Positions 46,446 through 56,598 of a stretch of DNA of 64,000 nt are shown in pieces. The position numbers and the translations under genes were made by a program. The DNA is from Candidatus Omnitrophota bacterium (GTDB lineage: Bacteria > Omnitrophota > Gorgyraeia > JAFGHF01), in assembly GCA_016939375.1 (NCBI GenBank), contig JAFGHF010000024.1, positions 9,828 to 73,827 of the forward strand, written 5' to 3'. How positions within the stretch are numbered: the stretch's first letter is position 1; every line of letters begins with the position of its first letter. Under the pieces are notes generated by a model, which was not told the DNA's origin, searched no databases, and saw nothing but the letters and a program-made list of their open reading frames with translations.

Positions 46446-47484
46446 ATTAAAAGTTTTTTCTTCAGCTGATAACGAGGTCAAAGAGGGTATACTGGTCTGT
46501 CAAGGTTGTTCGGCAGCTTATCCGATCATCGAAGCCATACCCAGGATGCTCGAGCCCGAATTTCTTTATCTTCTGGTGAGCGGTTTTGAAGAGTTCCTCA
46601 AAAAATACAGGCAAGAACTGCAAGCGCAAGTAGGTTCGGCGGCTTTCAAACATATTTCCCAGGCACCTGCGGATTATCGCAAGAAAGTAAAAAAGATTAC
46701 CGCCGGATTTAAGTATGAATGGTCTAAACATTCCAGCATATTGCCCACGCATGAGAACGAGTTTTTGCATGTCCTGGGGGATTGCCTTAAAAAGCAAGAC
46801 TTTGCGGGAAAGATAGTCTTAGACGCAGGTTGCGGGCAGGGAAGATTTGCCTATTTTGCCAACAAATACGGGGCCAGCGAGATCTATTGCTTGGACCTAA
46901 GTGAGGCAGTTGTCGTGGCCAAAAAGAATCTAAAAGACATTCCCAATATCCACATCATCCAAGGGGACATCTATAATCTGCCGTTTGGGCGCTTATTCGA
47001 TATCATCTACAGCATAGGGGTCATCCATCATCTACCCGATCCGGAAAAAGGATTCCATGGCTTGATCGATAAGCTGAAGAAAGGGGGCACTGTCTTTGTC
47101 TGGGTGTATGGCTACAGCAGCGTAGTGCCGGCGTTAAAAGCAGTGAGAAAAATCTCTCTAAGATTGCCTATCGGCCTGATGTGGTTTTTAAGCACTATTC
47201 CAGCCGCAGGATTATATCTGATAAATCTATTTTACAGGGCTATTAGAAAAGTGGGTTTTTTGAAAGCTGTCGCTGAGCGAGTGCCTTTCAATATGTACAA
47301 TGATAGGACATTCCATAATACAGTTACAGTCTCGTTCGACCATTTGACCACCTCCATAGCGAATTTTTACAGAAAAGAGGAGCTGGAGGAATGGCTGAAG
47401 CGCAGTACGCTTAGTGAATGGAGGCTTTCTGAGCGATATCCGGGAAGATCGGGAAGCAGTTGGCGTCTCCTGGGTAAAGTATAA
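46390..47484 (+). CDS. Class I SAM-dependent methyltransferase with an N-terminal Trm112-like zinc ribbon; start moved to the ATG at 46390
   Basis: LTCPACQGRF...LVCQGCSAAYPI (Trm112/DUF343-like), then VLDAGCGQGRF (motif I). The track ORF beginning at 46198 overlaps the asnB-like C-terminus in another frame. Confidence 0.55.
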   Translation: MKPTLAQVLTCPACQGRFRLKVFSSADNEVKEGILVCQGCSAAYPIIEAIPRMLEPEFLYLLVSGFEEFLKKYRQELQAQVGSAAFKHISQAPADYRKKVKKITAGFKYEWSKHSSILPTHENEFLHVLGDCLKKQDFAGKIVLDAGCGQGRFAYFANKYGASEIYCLDLSEAVVVAKKNLKDIPNIHIIQGDIYNLPFGRLFDIIYSIGVIHHLPDPEKGFHGLIDKLKKGGTVFVWVYGYSSVVPALKAVRKISLRLPIGLMWFLSTIPAAGLYLINLFYRAIRKVGFLKAVAERVPFNMYNDRTFHNTVTVSFDHLTTSIANFYRKEELEEWLKRSTLSEWRLSERYPGRSGSSWRLLGKV

Positions 47485-47496
47485 AGGTAATACTGC

Positions 47497-48987
47497 ATGA
47501 AGATTTTATTGATTTCTCCTTCTTGGGGAAACTTATATGGAAGCTACAAGAATGTGGCTCGGGTAGGGGTGTTTTATCCGCCTCTGGGCTTATGCTATGT
47601 TTCCGCGTCCCTGAAGCAAAAAGGTCATGATGTAGAGATAATAGACATGGAGGCAGAAGGCTTAAACATCGAGCAGACAAAAGAAAAAGCTTTGCAATAT
47701 CAGCCTGATTTAATAGGGATCACGTCTGTTTCTCCATTAATAGACCAGGCCCAGGCAGTCGCCGGACACTTAAAATCTTTGGATAAACCTATTGTCTTGG
47801 GTGGGCCTCACGTTACAATCGTGGAGAGAGAAGCGCTGCGTGACTGTCCCCATTTTGATTACGGAGTAATCGGCGAGGGTGAAGGCACGATTTGTGAACT
47901 AGTAGAGGCCTTGCGGGAGAAAAGACCTTTAGAGCAGGTAAAAGGCATATTATACCGGGCCGATGACGATGTCGTCTTTACCGGTTGGCGGGAGCGGGAA
48001 CAGGATATAGATTCTTTGCCTTTTCCCGATAGAAGCAGATTGAAATTCGATAGGTACCTTTGGAGCGTACCCAAAAAAGGAACCCTTATTTTAGCTACTA
48101 TCCTATCCACCAGAGGCTGTCCTTTTCAATGCATCTTCTGTTCCCAAGATAAGATGTACGGTAGAGTGGTAAGGTTTAGGAGCCCGCACAAAGTAGTGGA
48201 TGAGATAGAGGACATTGTGAAGAATACGCCTGCGCGGCACATCATCTTTTGCGATGATACCCTTACATTGAAAAAGTCGCACATCCTGGGGATCTGCGAT
48301 GAGATCATCAAGAGGAATATCAAGATCACTTTTGAGGGCTGGACCAGAGCCAATACGATAGATGAGGAAATTTTAGCCAAGATGAAAGAAGCCGGATTGG
48401 CCCGGGTATCTTTCGGTATTGAAAGTGGAGATCCACAAGTATTAAAGATCATCAAAAAGGGGGTTACGCTGGAAGAGGTCGAAAAGGCCTATAAGATAGC
48501 CAAAAAACTGGGCTTGGAGACCAGGGGTTCTGTGATGATCGGCCATCCCGGCGAGACCAAGGAGACGGTCTGGCGTACCATAAATTTTATCAGGAACCTC
48601 AAAGAACTGGACCATCCTTATCTTAATGTGGCCATGCCCTATCCAGGAACGGAGCTAAGGGAAATGGCCTTACGGTCTGAACATGGGATAAAGCTACTGT
48701 CCACCGATTACACTGACTTGCGCCGCTACGATAACGCGATTATGGAAATAAACGATTTAAAACCCAATGACTTGATCAAGTTGCAGAGAAGGGGTTTGCT
48801 CTTAGCTTACATGACCCCCCGCAGGATTTGGTACAATTTAACACGTGCAGGCTTAAAAAGCGGCCTTTCCAACGGGGCAGCTTTTTGTCTGAGCTTTGCC
48901 AAGGGCTTATTAAAAGAGGCCAGATTAGGATTATGGAAGACCTTAAAGCTTTCCAGTGTTCGTCGCTCGCAATCCGAGAGGCAGTAA
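47497..48987 (+). CDS. B12-binding-domain radical SAM protein (class B radical SAM family)
   Basis: N-terminal cobalamin-binding-like Rossmann domain, radical SAM cluster motif STRGCPFQCIFCSQ, 496 aa. Confidence 0.75.
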   Translation: MKILLISPSWGNLYGSYKNVARVGVFYPPLGLCYVSASLKQKGHDVEIIDMEAEGLNIEQTKEKALQYQPDLIGITSVSPLIDQAQAVAGHLKSLDKPIVLGGPHVTIVEREALRDCPHFDYGVIGEGEGTICELVEALREKRPLEQVKGILYRADDDVVFTGWREREQDIDSLPFPDRSRLKFDRYLWSVPKKGTLILATILSTRGCPFQCIFCSQDKMYGRVVRFRSPHKVVDEIEDIVKNTPARHIIFCDDTLTLKKSHILGICDEIIKRNIKITFEGWTRANTIDEEILAKMKEAGLARVSFGIESGDPQVLKIIKKGVTLEEVEKAYKIAKKLGLETRGSVMIGHPGETKETVWRTINFIRNLKELDHPYLNVAMPYPGTELREMALRSEHGIKLLSTDYTDLRRYDNAIMEINDLKPNDLIKLQRRGLLLAYMTPRRIWYNLTRAGLKSGLSNGAAFCLSFAKGLLKEARLGLWKTLKLSSVRRSQSERQ

Positions 48988-49670
48988 ATTACTATCGCTG
49001 GCTTTACAACGATTTTAAGGATTATATAGGAGATAGCATCCTTGAGATCGGGGGTGGTATAGGCAACTTTTCCAATTTATTGTCTGATAGGAAAAGGCTG
49101 GTTATCGTCGATATCGTAGAGGAAGTAGTGCAAAGGCTGGATAATATATTTGAAGATAAGGCTAATGTCTCCGTCTTCAAGGCGGATATTTGCGACAAAG
49201 GTTTTGTGGATTCAGTCATAAAAAATGGCTTCGACACCATAATCTGCGTCAACGTCTTAGAGCACATAGCGGATGACATAGGAGCGCTTAAGAATATGCG
49301 TGAGCTTCTAAGCACAAGAGGAGGGCACTTGCTTTTGTTGGTGCCGGCGCATGAAATTTTGTTCAGCGATCTGGATAGGGTTGTCGGTCATCACCGCAGG
49401 TATAACAAAAAGCCGTTGAGGCAAAAGTTGGAGCAAGCAGGATTCAGCATCAATAAGCTTTATTACTTGAATTGTCTGGGTGCGATCGGATGGTTCATAA
49501 ATTATAAGATCCTTAAATACAAAGAGGTGGTCTGCCAGTCAACGGACCGACAGATAAAGATTTTTGACAGATTCCTCGTGCCTTTGGTTTCCCGGATGGA
49601 AAGCATATTGAAGCCGCCATTTGGGATTTCTCTAATAGCTGTTTGTGATACTAAGCCGTATACAAAATAA
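48933..49670 (+). CDS. Class I SAM-dependent methyltransferase; start moved to the ATG at 48933
   Basis: ILEIGGGIGNF (motif I), VNVLEHIADD (post-II/III). The track ORF begins at 48828 inside the radical SAM gene. Confidence 0.55.
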   Translation: MEDLKAFQCSSLAIREAVNYYRWLYNDFKDYIGDSILEIGGGIGNFSNLLSDRKRLVIVDIVEEVVQRLDNIFEDKANVSVFKADICDKGFVDSVIKNGFDTIICVNVLEHIADDIGALKNMRELLSTRGGHLLLLVPAHEILFSDLDRVVGHHRRYNKKPLRQKLEQAGFSINKLYYLNCLGAIGWFINYKILKYKEVVCQSTDRQIKIFDRFLVPLVSRMESILKPPFGISLIAVCDTKPYTK

Positions 49671-49682
49671 AGGAGTCAAATC

Positions 49683-50552
49683 ATGGAAGGTTGCAGTATA
49701 GTGATCCCAGTTTATAATGAACAAGAGAAGGTTAGGTCGACGATAGAGCAGTTAAAGGATGAAGCCGGCAAGCTGGGCCTGGATCACGAGATCATAGTTA
49801 TAAACGATGGCTCTACTGACGATACGGCAAAGGCGATCAGAGGTTCTGATGTAAAGCTGATCACGCATCCTCAAAGGTCAGGCTACGGCAAGGCGATACA
49901 GAGCGGGATATTGAGTTCAAAACATGAACATGTGGTCATCATCGATGCAGACGGCACATATCCGATAGAATCCTTAGGCAAGCTTTGGAAGTTCGCCAAA
50001 GATTACGATATGGTCGTGGGCGCGCGCAAAGGTAAATATTATAAGGGCTCTATCATTAAAAATCCGGCCAGACAGATCTATCTATGGTTGATATGGTATG
50101 TGACCGGCAAAAAGGTACCCGATGCCAATTCCGGATTTCGTATCTTTAAGAAAAGCGTGATCCTGCCGTTTTTCTCGCACCTTTGTCTGGGTTACTCATT
50201 TACCACTACGCTCACTTTATACCTGCTTTCGCGCGGGCATTTTGTGAAATTCGTACCGATTAAATACTATAAGCGCTCGGGAAGGTCGAAGGTGAGGCAC
50301 ATAAGGGATTCGCTGGGGACGCTGCAGATCATCATCCAGGCCATCATGCTCTACAATCCCATAAAGGCCATTTTACCTTTGTTTCTTTTATTCTTTATTT
50401 TTGGGTCCTCTTCCATCTTCTGGTATATGTTTAGGGACAATAATACGGCTTTTTTCACAGCAGGCATTTTTTCTTTCGGTATTTCGGCTTTAATCTTTGT
50501 AGCCGGCTTAATAGCCGACCTATTGGTAAACCTAAAACATTTAAAGGAATAA
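49683..50552 (+). CDS. GT2 polyprenol-phosphate glycosyltransferase (GtrB/ArnC-like) with a C-terminal membrane anchor
   Basis: IVIPVYNEQEKV...VINDGSTDDT...IIDADGTYP and two C-terminal TM helices. Confidence 0.75.
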   Translation: MEGCSIVIPVYNEQEKVRSTIEQLKDEAGKLGLDHEIIVINDGSTDDTAKAIRGSDVKLITHPQRSGYGKAIQSGILSSKHEHVVIIDADGTYPIESLGKLWKFAKDYDMVVGARKGKYYKGSIIKNPARQIYLWLIWYVTGKKVPDANSGFRIFKKSVILPFFSHLCLGYSFTTTLTLYLLSRGHFVKFVPIKYYKRSGRSKVRHIRDSLGTLQIIIQAIMLYNPIKAILPLFLLFFIFGSSSIFWYMFRDNNTAFFTAGIFSFGISALIFVAGLIADLLVNLKHLKE

Positions 50553-50561
50553 GACTTATAG

Positions 50562-51782
50562 ATGAGAGCTTTATATATTTCCTATGATGGTGCGACAGAA
50601 CCTATAGCTGGTTCGCAGATAATCCCTTATTTGGAAAAGCTGGCTGCCAGGGGCGTGAAGTTTTTTCTGGTTACTTTTGATAAGAAAGAATATCTGGCAG
50701 ATGACGGCCAGGTTGTTAATACCAAGGATATTTTTCGAGCAAAGGGGATTGACTGGTTTAGTCTGCGCTATCATAAGCGGCCTACGGCATTGGCTACTGC
50801 ATGGGATATATTCCATGGATTTATTGTCAGCTTTTATATAGTCTTGAAGGAAAAAATATATATCGTCCATGCCCGCAGTTATGTATCTGCTTTAATAGCT
50901 TTGGGCTTAAAGTTTATCCTACGCAGGAAGTTTGTCTTTGATATGCGTGGCTATTGGGCGGATGAAAGGATTGACGGACAGATTTGGCCCGAGGGCTCGG
51001 CTCTCTATAAAATAGCCAAGTATATGGAAAAGGTATTCGTCAATAATGCGGATTTTATTGTTGTTTTGACTGAGAGCATGAAAAATAGATTACGCCAGGA
51101 TTACAGATTAGATCATAAGCCTATCGAAGTCATCCCTACCTGTGTGGACTTAAGGCAGTTTCAGATTTTAAGACCCGAAGATAAGGATGACTTTTTAAAC
51201 CGAGAGATAAAGGACAAAATACACGCTAAGGACCTGCTGATCTATTTGGGTTCTTTGGGTACAGTATATATGCTGGAGGAGATGTTCGAGTTGTATAAGA
51301 TTTTAAGGTCTCATATCAGTAATCTGCATTTTTTGCTTTTGACTCAAAGTGACAGGGAGATAGCTCATGACGCTGCTTTGAAAAGAGGCATAGCAGATAA
51401 CGGCTTTACGGTGGCCTCTGTCCGGCATGCTGATGTAAGCCGCTGGTTAAACTTGGGAAAACTGGCGATCGCTTTCTACAGGCCCACATTTTCCGTAATC
51501 GGCAGGGCCCCCACCAAGATCGGAGAGTATCTCGCCTGTGGCCTGCCTGCAATAGTAAATAAAGGGGTGGGAGACATAGATACCATTCTTGCAGAGCAAA
51601 AAGTGGGGATTGTCTTGGAGAGCTTCGACCAGCAGGGCTATAAGCAGGCCCTGCCTGGCATATTGGACTTGCTGGGCAGCAAAGATCTGCGACAACGTTG
51701 TCACAAGGTAGCACAAGATTATTTTTCTTTAGAAAAAGGCGTTAATGGTTATTTTAAGATCTATCAAACACTAAAAAATTAA
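50562..51782 (+). CDS. Glycosyltransferase family 4 (GT-B)
   Basis: GT-B N- and C-domains; C-terminal IGEYLACGLPAIVNKGVGD. Confidence 0.65.
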   Translation: MRALYISYDGATEPIAGSQIIPYLEKLAARGVKFFLVTFDKKEYLADDGQVVNTKDIFRAKGIDWFSLRYHKRPTALATAWDIFHGFIVSFYIVLKEKIYIVHARSYVSALIALGLKFILRRKFVFDMRGYWADERIDGQIWPEGSALYKIAKYMEKVFVNNADFIVVLTESMKNRLRQDYRLDHKPIEVIPTCVDLRQFQILRPEDKDDFLNREIKDKIHAKDLLIYLGSLGTVYMLEEMFELYKILRSHISNLHFLLLTQSDREIAHDAALKRGIADNGFTVASVRHADVSRWLNLGKLAIAFYRPTFSVIGRAPTKIGEYLACGLPAIVNKGVGDIDTILAEQKVGIVLESFDQQGYKQALPGILDLLGSKDLRQRCHKVAQDYFSLEKGVNGYFKIYQTLKN

Positions 51783-51793
51783 AGGAGTAAAAA

Positions 51794-52681
51794 ATGCGAG
51801 TTCTAGTAACCGGAGGAGCAGGTATGCTGGGCAGTTCCTTATGTCCGGCGCTTATGAAAAGAGGATATGAAGTCATCGCTACAGATAAAATACCAGAGGA
51901 AAAGATAGAATGCCTTGATGTGACTGAAGGCGAGAAGGTCAATGCTATGATTCAGGAGTTTAGCCCGCAGATAGTCTTCCATCTGGCCGCCGAGACAGAT
52001 GTGGATAAATGCGAGAAAGAGGTAGAGCACGCTTTTTTAACCAATGCCTTAGGTACCGAGAACATCGCCTTGGCCTGTCAGCGACAGAATATTATCATGG
52101 TCTATATCAGCACCGGAGGCGTATTTGATGGAGAGAAGGAGGAGCCTTATACCGAGTTTGACCAACCCAATCCCCGTAATGTCTACAGTAAAGCCAAGTG
52201 GGAAGGGGAGAAGATTGTGCAGAACTTGATGAAAAGATATTATATAGTGCGTGCCGGTTGGATGTTCGGAGGAGGCCATATTGACAAGAAATTTGTAGGT
52301 AAGATAATCAGCCTTCTAAGTGATAAAAACGAGCTTAACGTAGTGAACGACAAATTCGGCAGCCCTACTTTTACCGAAGACCTGTCTTTGGCGCTTCTGG
52401 AGTTGGTCCAGACCGGGCGCTATGGCCTATATCACATCGCCAATCAGGGCAGATGCTCAAGGTTTGAGATGGCCCGTGAGATTGTCCAGTACCTGGGGCG
52501 CAAGGACGTCAAGATAAACCCTATAAGTTCGGATGCCTTCCCTTTGCCTGCGTATAGGATCAAGTCGGAGACATTAGAGAACTTCAAGCTTAATGTGTTG
52601 AATATATTTACAATGCGTCGCTGGGAAGAAGCATTACAAGAATATGTAGCCAGGCATATGAAACAGACATTGAAAAAATGA
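51794..52681 (+). CDS. RmlD-like NAD(P)H sugar-nucleotide 4-reductase (second RmlD-family paralog)
   Basis: VLVTGGAGMLGSSL, YSKAK, AGWMFGGGHIDKKFV, which is RmlD-family architecture; 295 aa. Confidence 0.7.
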   Translation: MRVLVTGGAGMLGSSLCPALMKRGYEVIATDKIPEEKIECLDVTEGEKVNAMIQEFSPQIVFHLAAETDVDKCEKEVEHAFLTNALGTENIALACQRQNIIMVYISTGGVFDGEKEEPYTEFDQPNPRNVYSKAKWEGEKIVQNLMKRYYIVRAGWMFGGGHIDKKFVGKIISLLSDKNELNVVNDKFGSPTFTEDLSLALLELVQTGRYGLYHIANQGRCSRFEMAREIVQYLGRKDVKINPISSDAFPLPAYRIKSETLENFKLNVLNIFTMRRWEEALQEYVARHMKQTLKK

Positions 52682-53778
52682 AAGTATTGTTTATAGTCCC
52701 TTATCCGAAAGAAGGACCTAGTTATCGCTATCGCGTTGAGCAATTTATCCCATTTTTAGAGCAAAATGGTGTTAAATGCCGGGTCTCTTCATTTATGTCT
52801 TCTGATTTTTACAATTACCTTTATAGGCAGAAGAAAAGGGATACGCTAAAACTCTTATATTATTTCCTGCAAGGGACCGCTCGCAGGGTTTTGGATCTCT
52901 TTAGAGCCGAAGCCGCCGACCTTATTTTTGTGCATCTGGAAGCATTCCCTATAGGCCCGCCGGTATTAGAGTGGCTATGGACGAGATTAAAGAAGCCGAT
53001 CGTGTTCGACCTCGATGACGCAATATTTATGAAAAAGAAAGTCGGCTCTAACAACAGACTGGTCAATTTCTTAAAATATCCGGCTAAGATTCCGGGAATC
53101 ATTAAATTGAGCTCTCAAGTGACCGTTTGCAATGATTATCTTAAACAATACGCGGCACAGTATATTCCAGAGGACAGGATCCATGTCATCCCTACTTCTA
53201 TCGATATAGGTCAGTTTGGTATTAAGAAGGACTTGGCCAAAGGCGATCCTTTGACAATAGGATGGATAGGCAGCCACACCACTGCGCCATACCTGGATTT
53301 ATTGAGAGGGGTCTTTGAAGCCTTAAGCAAAAAATACGATTTTGTACTCAAAATAGTAGGGGCGGGCAGGGATTTTCAAATCCCGGGAGTGAAAATAATA
53401 AACCGGGAATGGAACCTGGGCCGGGATGTAGAGGAATTTCAGAGTTTGGATATTGGGGTCTATCCCTTACCCAGCGATGAATGGATAAAGGGAAAGACCG
53501 GCTTTAAGACATGCCAATATTTATCTGTAGGTGTACCTTGTGTCGTCTCTAATCTAGGGCGCAATAGGGAGATCATCCAAGACGGGGTAAACGGATTTTT
53601 GGCGCTGGACGAACAGGAGTGGGTCAACAAGCTGTCGCTGCTTATAGAAGACAAAGATATGCGCAAGCGGTTTGCCCAGGCCGGAAGAAAGACGGTGAGG
53701 GAGAGGTTTTCGGTGGATGTCAACGCACCCAGGCTGCTGGCGGTACTAAGGCAGGCTTATAATGAACACAGAAGATGA
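52678..53778 (+). CDS. Glycosyltransferase family 4 (GT-B)
   Basis: C-terminal GT4 region (IGWIGSHT...VGVPCVVSNLGRNREIIQDGVNGFL). Confidence 0.65.
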   Translation: MKVLFIVPYPKEGPSYRYRVEQFIPFLEQNGVKCRVSSFMSSDFYNYLYRQKKRDTLKLLYYFLQGTARRVLDLFRAEAADLIFVHLEAFPIGPPVLEWLWTRLKKPIVFDLDDAIFMKKKVGSNNRLVNFLKYPAKIPGIIKLSSQVTVCNDYLKQYAAQYIPEDRIHVIPTSIDIGQFGIKKDLAKGDPLTIGWIGSHTTAPYLDLLRGVFEALSKKYDFVLKIVGAGRDFQIPGVKIINREWNLGRDVEEFQSLDIGVYPLPSDEWIKGKTGFKTCQYLSVGVPCVVSNLGRNREIIQDGVNGFLALDEQEWVNKLSLLIEDKDMRKRFAQAGRKTVRERFSVDVNAPRLLAVLRQAYNEHRR

Positions 53779-54542
53779 GCAAAAATATGCGTAAAAAAAC
53801 TATCGGCTTATGTTTGATTTTGTTGCTGGTCGCAGCAGCGGTCCTGGCCTTAAACGCAAAAAGTTCTACCCGACAAGGAATAAACGGCATCGTCTCTGAA
53901 CACCCGATCCCGGTTTGGATCAAGGCCGTTGATTTCCTGAGCCGGCATTATCACTATAAGGAGCTGGCCTGGCAGATCACCAAGGATTGCGCAACGCAAG
54001 AGGAGCGGGTTTTGGCTATCTTTAAATGGACGCATGAGAACATTAGGCATGACTTTCCCCGGGGCTGGCCGATATATGATGACCACGTTTTAAACATTAT
54101 CATCCGTGGCTTTGGTACTGTGGACCAAACAGCCGATGTGTTTACTACGCTTTCTACCTATGCCGGGGTCCCGGCTGCGATGTACCAGGCCTTTTATGAC
54201 GATACCAGAAAAAGGACTATTATGGCAGCCGCAGACCTGAATGGCCGGTTTGTAATTTTCGATCCTTATTATGGCAACTATTTCAGGAATGCAAAAGGAG
54301 AGCTGGCAAGTATAGATGACATTTTGGCCGAGCACACAATCGTTGAAAAGGCCCAAAATAAGCCCATGATCCGCGGCGTTGCCTATGAAGAATACTTTAA
54401 AAATCTGGTTCCGATAGACGGATTTATTACTTTAAGGGCAGAGCTGCAGATGCCGATGACCCGGCTTAAATATGAAATCAAAAGAAAACTGGGCTTGACC
54501 AAAAAGGCGATCTTATTCTATGGAGCAAGGACCTTTGAGTAA
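53775..54542 (+). CDS. Secreted hypothetical protein, possibly a degenerate transglutaminase-like fold
   Basis: Signal peptide (KKTIGLCLILLLVAAAVLALNA). RGFGTVDQTADVFTTLSTYAGVPAAMY resembles the transglutaminase-core G-x-C-x-x-F-A...GIPAR segment but has Val at the Cys position. GRFVIFDPYYGNYF resembles the HxWxEVY/FDPT region. Confidence 0.25.
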   Translation: MSKNMRKKTIGLCLILLLVAAAVLALNAKSSTRQGINGIVSEHPIPVWIKAVDFLSRHYHYKELAWQITKDCATQEERVLAIFKWTHENIRHDFPRGWPIYDDHVLNIIIRGFGTVDQTADVFTTLSTYAGVPAAMYQAFYDDTRKRTIMAAADLNGRFVIFDPYYGNYFRNAKGELASIDDILAEHTIVEKAQNKPMIRGVAYEEYFKNLVPIDGFITLRAELQMPMTRLKYEIKRKLGLTKKAILFYGARTFE

Positions 54543-55674
54543 AAAAATCGTTATTTTTCCAAACGACTCTTTGCAGACATACTTTGATAAAGGCGAGCTG
54601 ACCGAGAGATATTATAATCCTATGGATATTTTTCAGGAAGTCCACGTTATCTCTCTAAGCGATAAAGAGGTCTCCGAGGACAAGGTGCAGGTCTTGGCCG
54701 GAGCAGCCTCATTAAGGATATATGCTTTGGGCAAGCCGGGCATTTTAAACCTGATCAACGGTTCATATCAGAATAGGATCGACGCGCTAGTCTCAAAGAT
54801 AAGGCCAGATATAATCAGGGCCTATAATTCGAACCTGGCCGGTTGGCTGGCAGTCAAGGCGGCAAGAAAGATGGGTATCCCCAGCGTGATCTCACTTCAT
54901 GCCGATCCGGAAAGAGATACCAGGGCCTTGATCAATAAACTAAAAGAGCCTAAGCGTTGGTTCATCTGGAATATATCAAAAAAGGTATTTGAACCCTATG
55001 CCTTATCCGGAGTAGATAGGGTTATTTGCGTCTATGACTTTTTGCTCGATTATGCCCGGGGCCATGCCGGGTCTTCTAAGGTCAAGCTTATTTATAATCG
55101 CATCGATACGGACAGATTTGATAATAGCCGCAAGGCCCCTGATGATGAAAACAGGGTGCCCAGAATATTGTGCGTGGGCAGAATAATGAGACAAAAAAAC
55201 CCGGAGAATATCGTTAAGGCGGTAAAAGACTTAGATATTAAGCTGACTCTTATCGGCAATGGCGAATATGCAGACCGCATCGAGAGGCTGATCAAAGGTT
55301 TAGGCATAGAAAACAAGGTCGAATTTATCAAGTCTGTATATTACGGCCAGATCCACCGTTTTTACAAAGAGGCGGATATCTTTGCCTCATCCAATAATTA
55401 CGGAGGCGTGAGTAAGACAGTGATGGAGGCTATGTCCTCAGGGCTTCCCATAGTCGCCAGCAAGCCTATTTTGGTAGATAGCCCGGACTTAGTAGGAGAT
55501 GCTGCATTGATCGTGGACAATACGCCTTTGGGGTATAAAGATGCTTTTCAAAAGCTTATTTCCGACAGCAGATTTAGGCAAGATCTGGGCAGCCGGGGCA
55601 GGGCCAAGATGCTCGCAATTGACGGAAAAAAGATGGAACAACAGGAGAAGGATTTATATCAATCCTTGATGTAA
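54520..55674 (+). CDS. Glycosyltransferase family 4 (GT-B); start may be slightly downstream
   Basis: C-terminal RILCVGRIMRQKNPEN...FASSNNYGGVSKTVMEAMSSGLPIVAS (GT4 E-x7-E-like region). Confidence 0.65.
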   Translation: MEQGPLSKKIVIFPNDSLQTYFDKGELTERYYNPMDIFQEVHVISLSDKEVSEDKVQVLAGAASLRIYALGKPGILNLINGSYQNRIDALVSKIRPDIIRAYNSNLAGWLAVKAARKMGIPSVISLHADPERDTRALINKLKEPKRWFIWNISKKVFEPYALSGVDRVICVYDFLLDYARGHAGSSKVKLIYNRIDTDRFDNSRKAPDDENRVPRILCVGRIMRQKNPENIVKAVKDLDIKLTLIGNGEYADRIERLIKGLGIENKVEFIKSVYYGQIHRFYKEADIFASSNNYGGVSKTVMEAMSSGLPIVASKPILVDSPDLVGDAALIVDNTPLGYKDAFQKLISDSRFRQDLGSRGRAKMLAIDGKKMEQQEKDLYQSLM

Positions 55675-55680
55675 ACAGAT

Positions 55681-56598
55681 ATGGATATGAGAAAAAAAAT
55701 AGTAGTCACGGGAGCAAGCGGAATGGTAGGTACAGGGTTGCTCGGTCTTATTCGAGATGCTCCCGCTTATGAAGTCTTAGGTGTCTACAAAGATAACCAG
55801 CCGGCAATAACGGGCGAGAATATCTCTTATTTACAGGCAGATTTGACGCAAGGTGAGGGCTGGCAGAGGCTTGATGATATGCAGATGTATGCCCTTGTTC
55901 ATTGTGCCGCCAAGATACCTAAGACGTTCGGGGTGAATGAGTCTAAGGATGCCTATATGGTCAACTCCCGCATGGATAGCCTAGCTCTTTCATGCGCGAT
56001 AAGCAAAAATGCGAAATTAGTATATATTTCTAGCTCTAGCGTTTACGGAGACTCAAGCAAAGGCATTTGTAAAGAAGATTCGCGCTTAAATCCGATAAAC
56101 GCCTATGCCAAAGGAAAAAGCGAAAGCGAAAGCAAAATATTAGACAATAAGAGTATTTTTAAATATTTCATCTTAAGGCTGTCTTCGCCATACGGTCCGC
56201 ATCAGAGAAACAATACCGTATTGAAGCTCTTCACAGAAAATGCCTTGCGTGGTGAGCCTCTTATATATCACGGTGAGGGCCAAAGGATGCAGGACTTTAT
56301 CTATGTCAAGGACATAGCCCGGGCAATGGCAATGGCTTTAGAAAGCGAAAACAGCGGTGTCTATAACGTGACTTCAGGAAGCTCTATCTGCATGAAAGAC
56401 CTAGCCCATCTTATAAAAGATATTACGGGCAGTAAAAGCGAGGTAAAGCCATCAGGCACAAAAGATATGCAAGAAAAATACCGGCCCCTGTTTGATATTT
56501 CCAAAGCAGCACGATTGCTTAATTGGCAGCCCCTTTATCCTTTGGAAAAAGGGCTGGCTGAGTTCATCGAATACTTAAGCGGAGATAGAAAAAGTTGA
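55681..56598 (+). CDS. NAD-dependent epimerase/dehydratase (SDR)
   Basis: IVVTGASGMVGTGL, YAKGK catalytic motif; 305 aa. Confidence 0.7.
   Translation: MDMRKKIVVTGASGMVGTGLLGLIRDAPAYEVLGVYKDNQPAITGENISYLQADLTQGEGWQRLDDMQMYALVHCAAKIPKTFGVNESKDAYMVNSRMDSLALSCAISKNAKLVYISSSSVYGDSSKGICKEDSRLNPINAYAKGKSESESKILDNKSIFKYFILRLSSPYGPHQRNNTVLKLFTENALRGEPLIYHGEGQRMQDFIYVKDIARAMAMALESENSGVYNVTSGSSICMKDLAHLIKDITGSKSEVKPSGTKDMQEKYRPLFDISKAARLLNWQPLYPLEKGLAEFIEYLSGDRKS

Noticed and set aside
48828..48932. 5' extension of the ORF-track entry 48828..49670
   Set aside because: Overlaps the C-terminus of the radical SAM gene in another frame. The conserved methyltransferase fold begins after the ATG at 48933.
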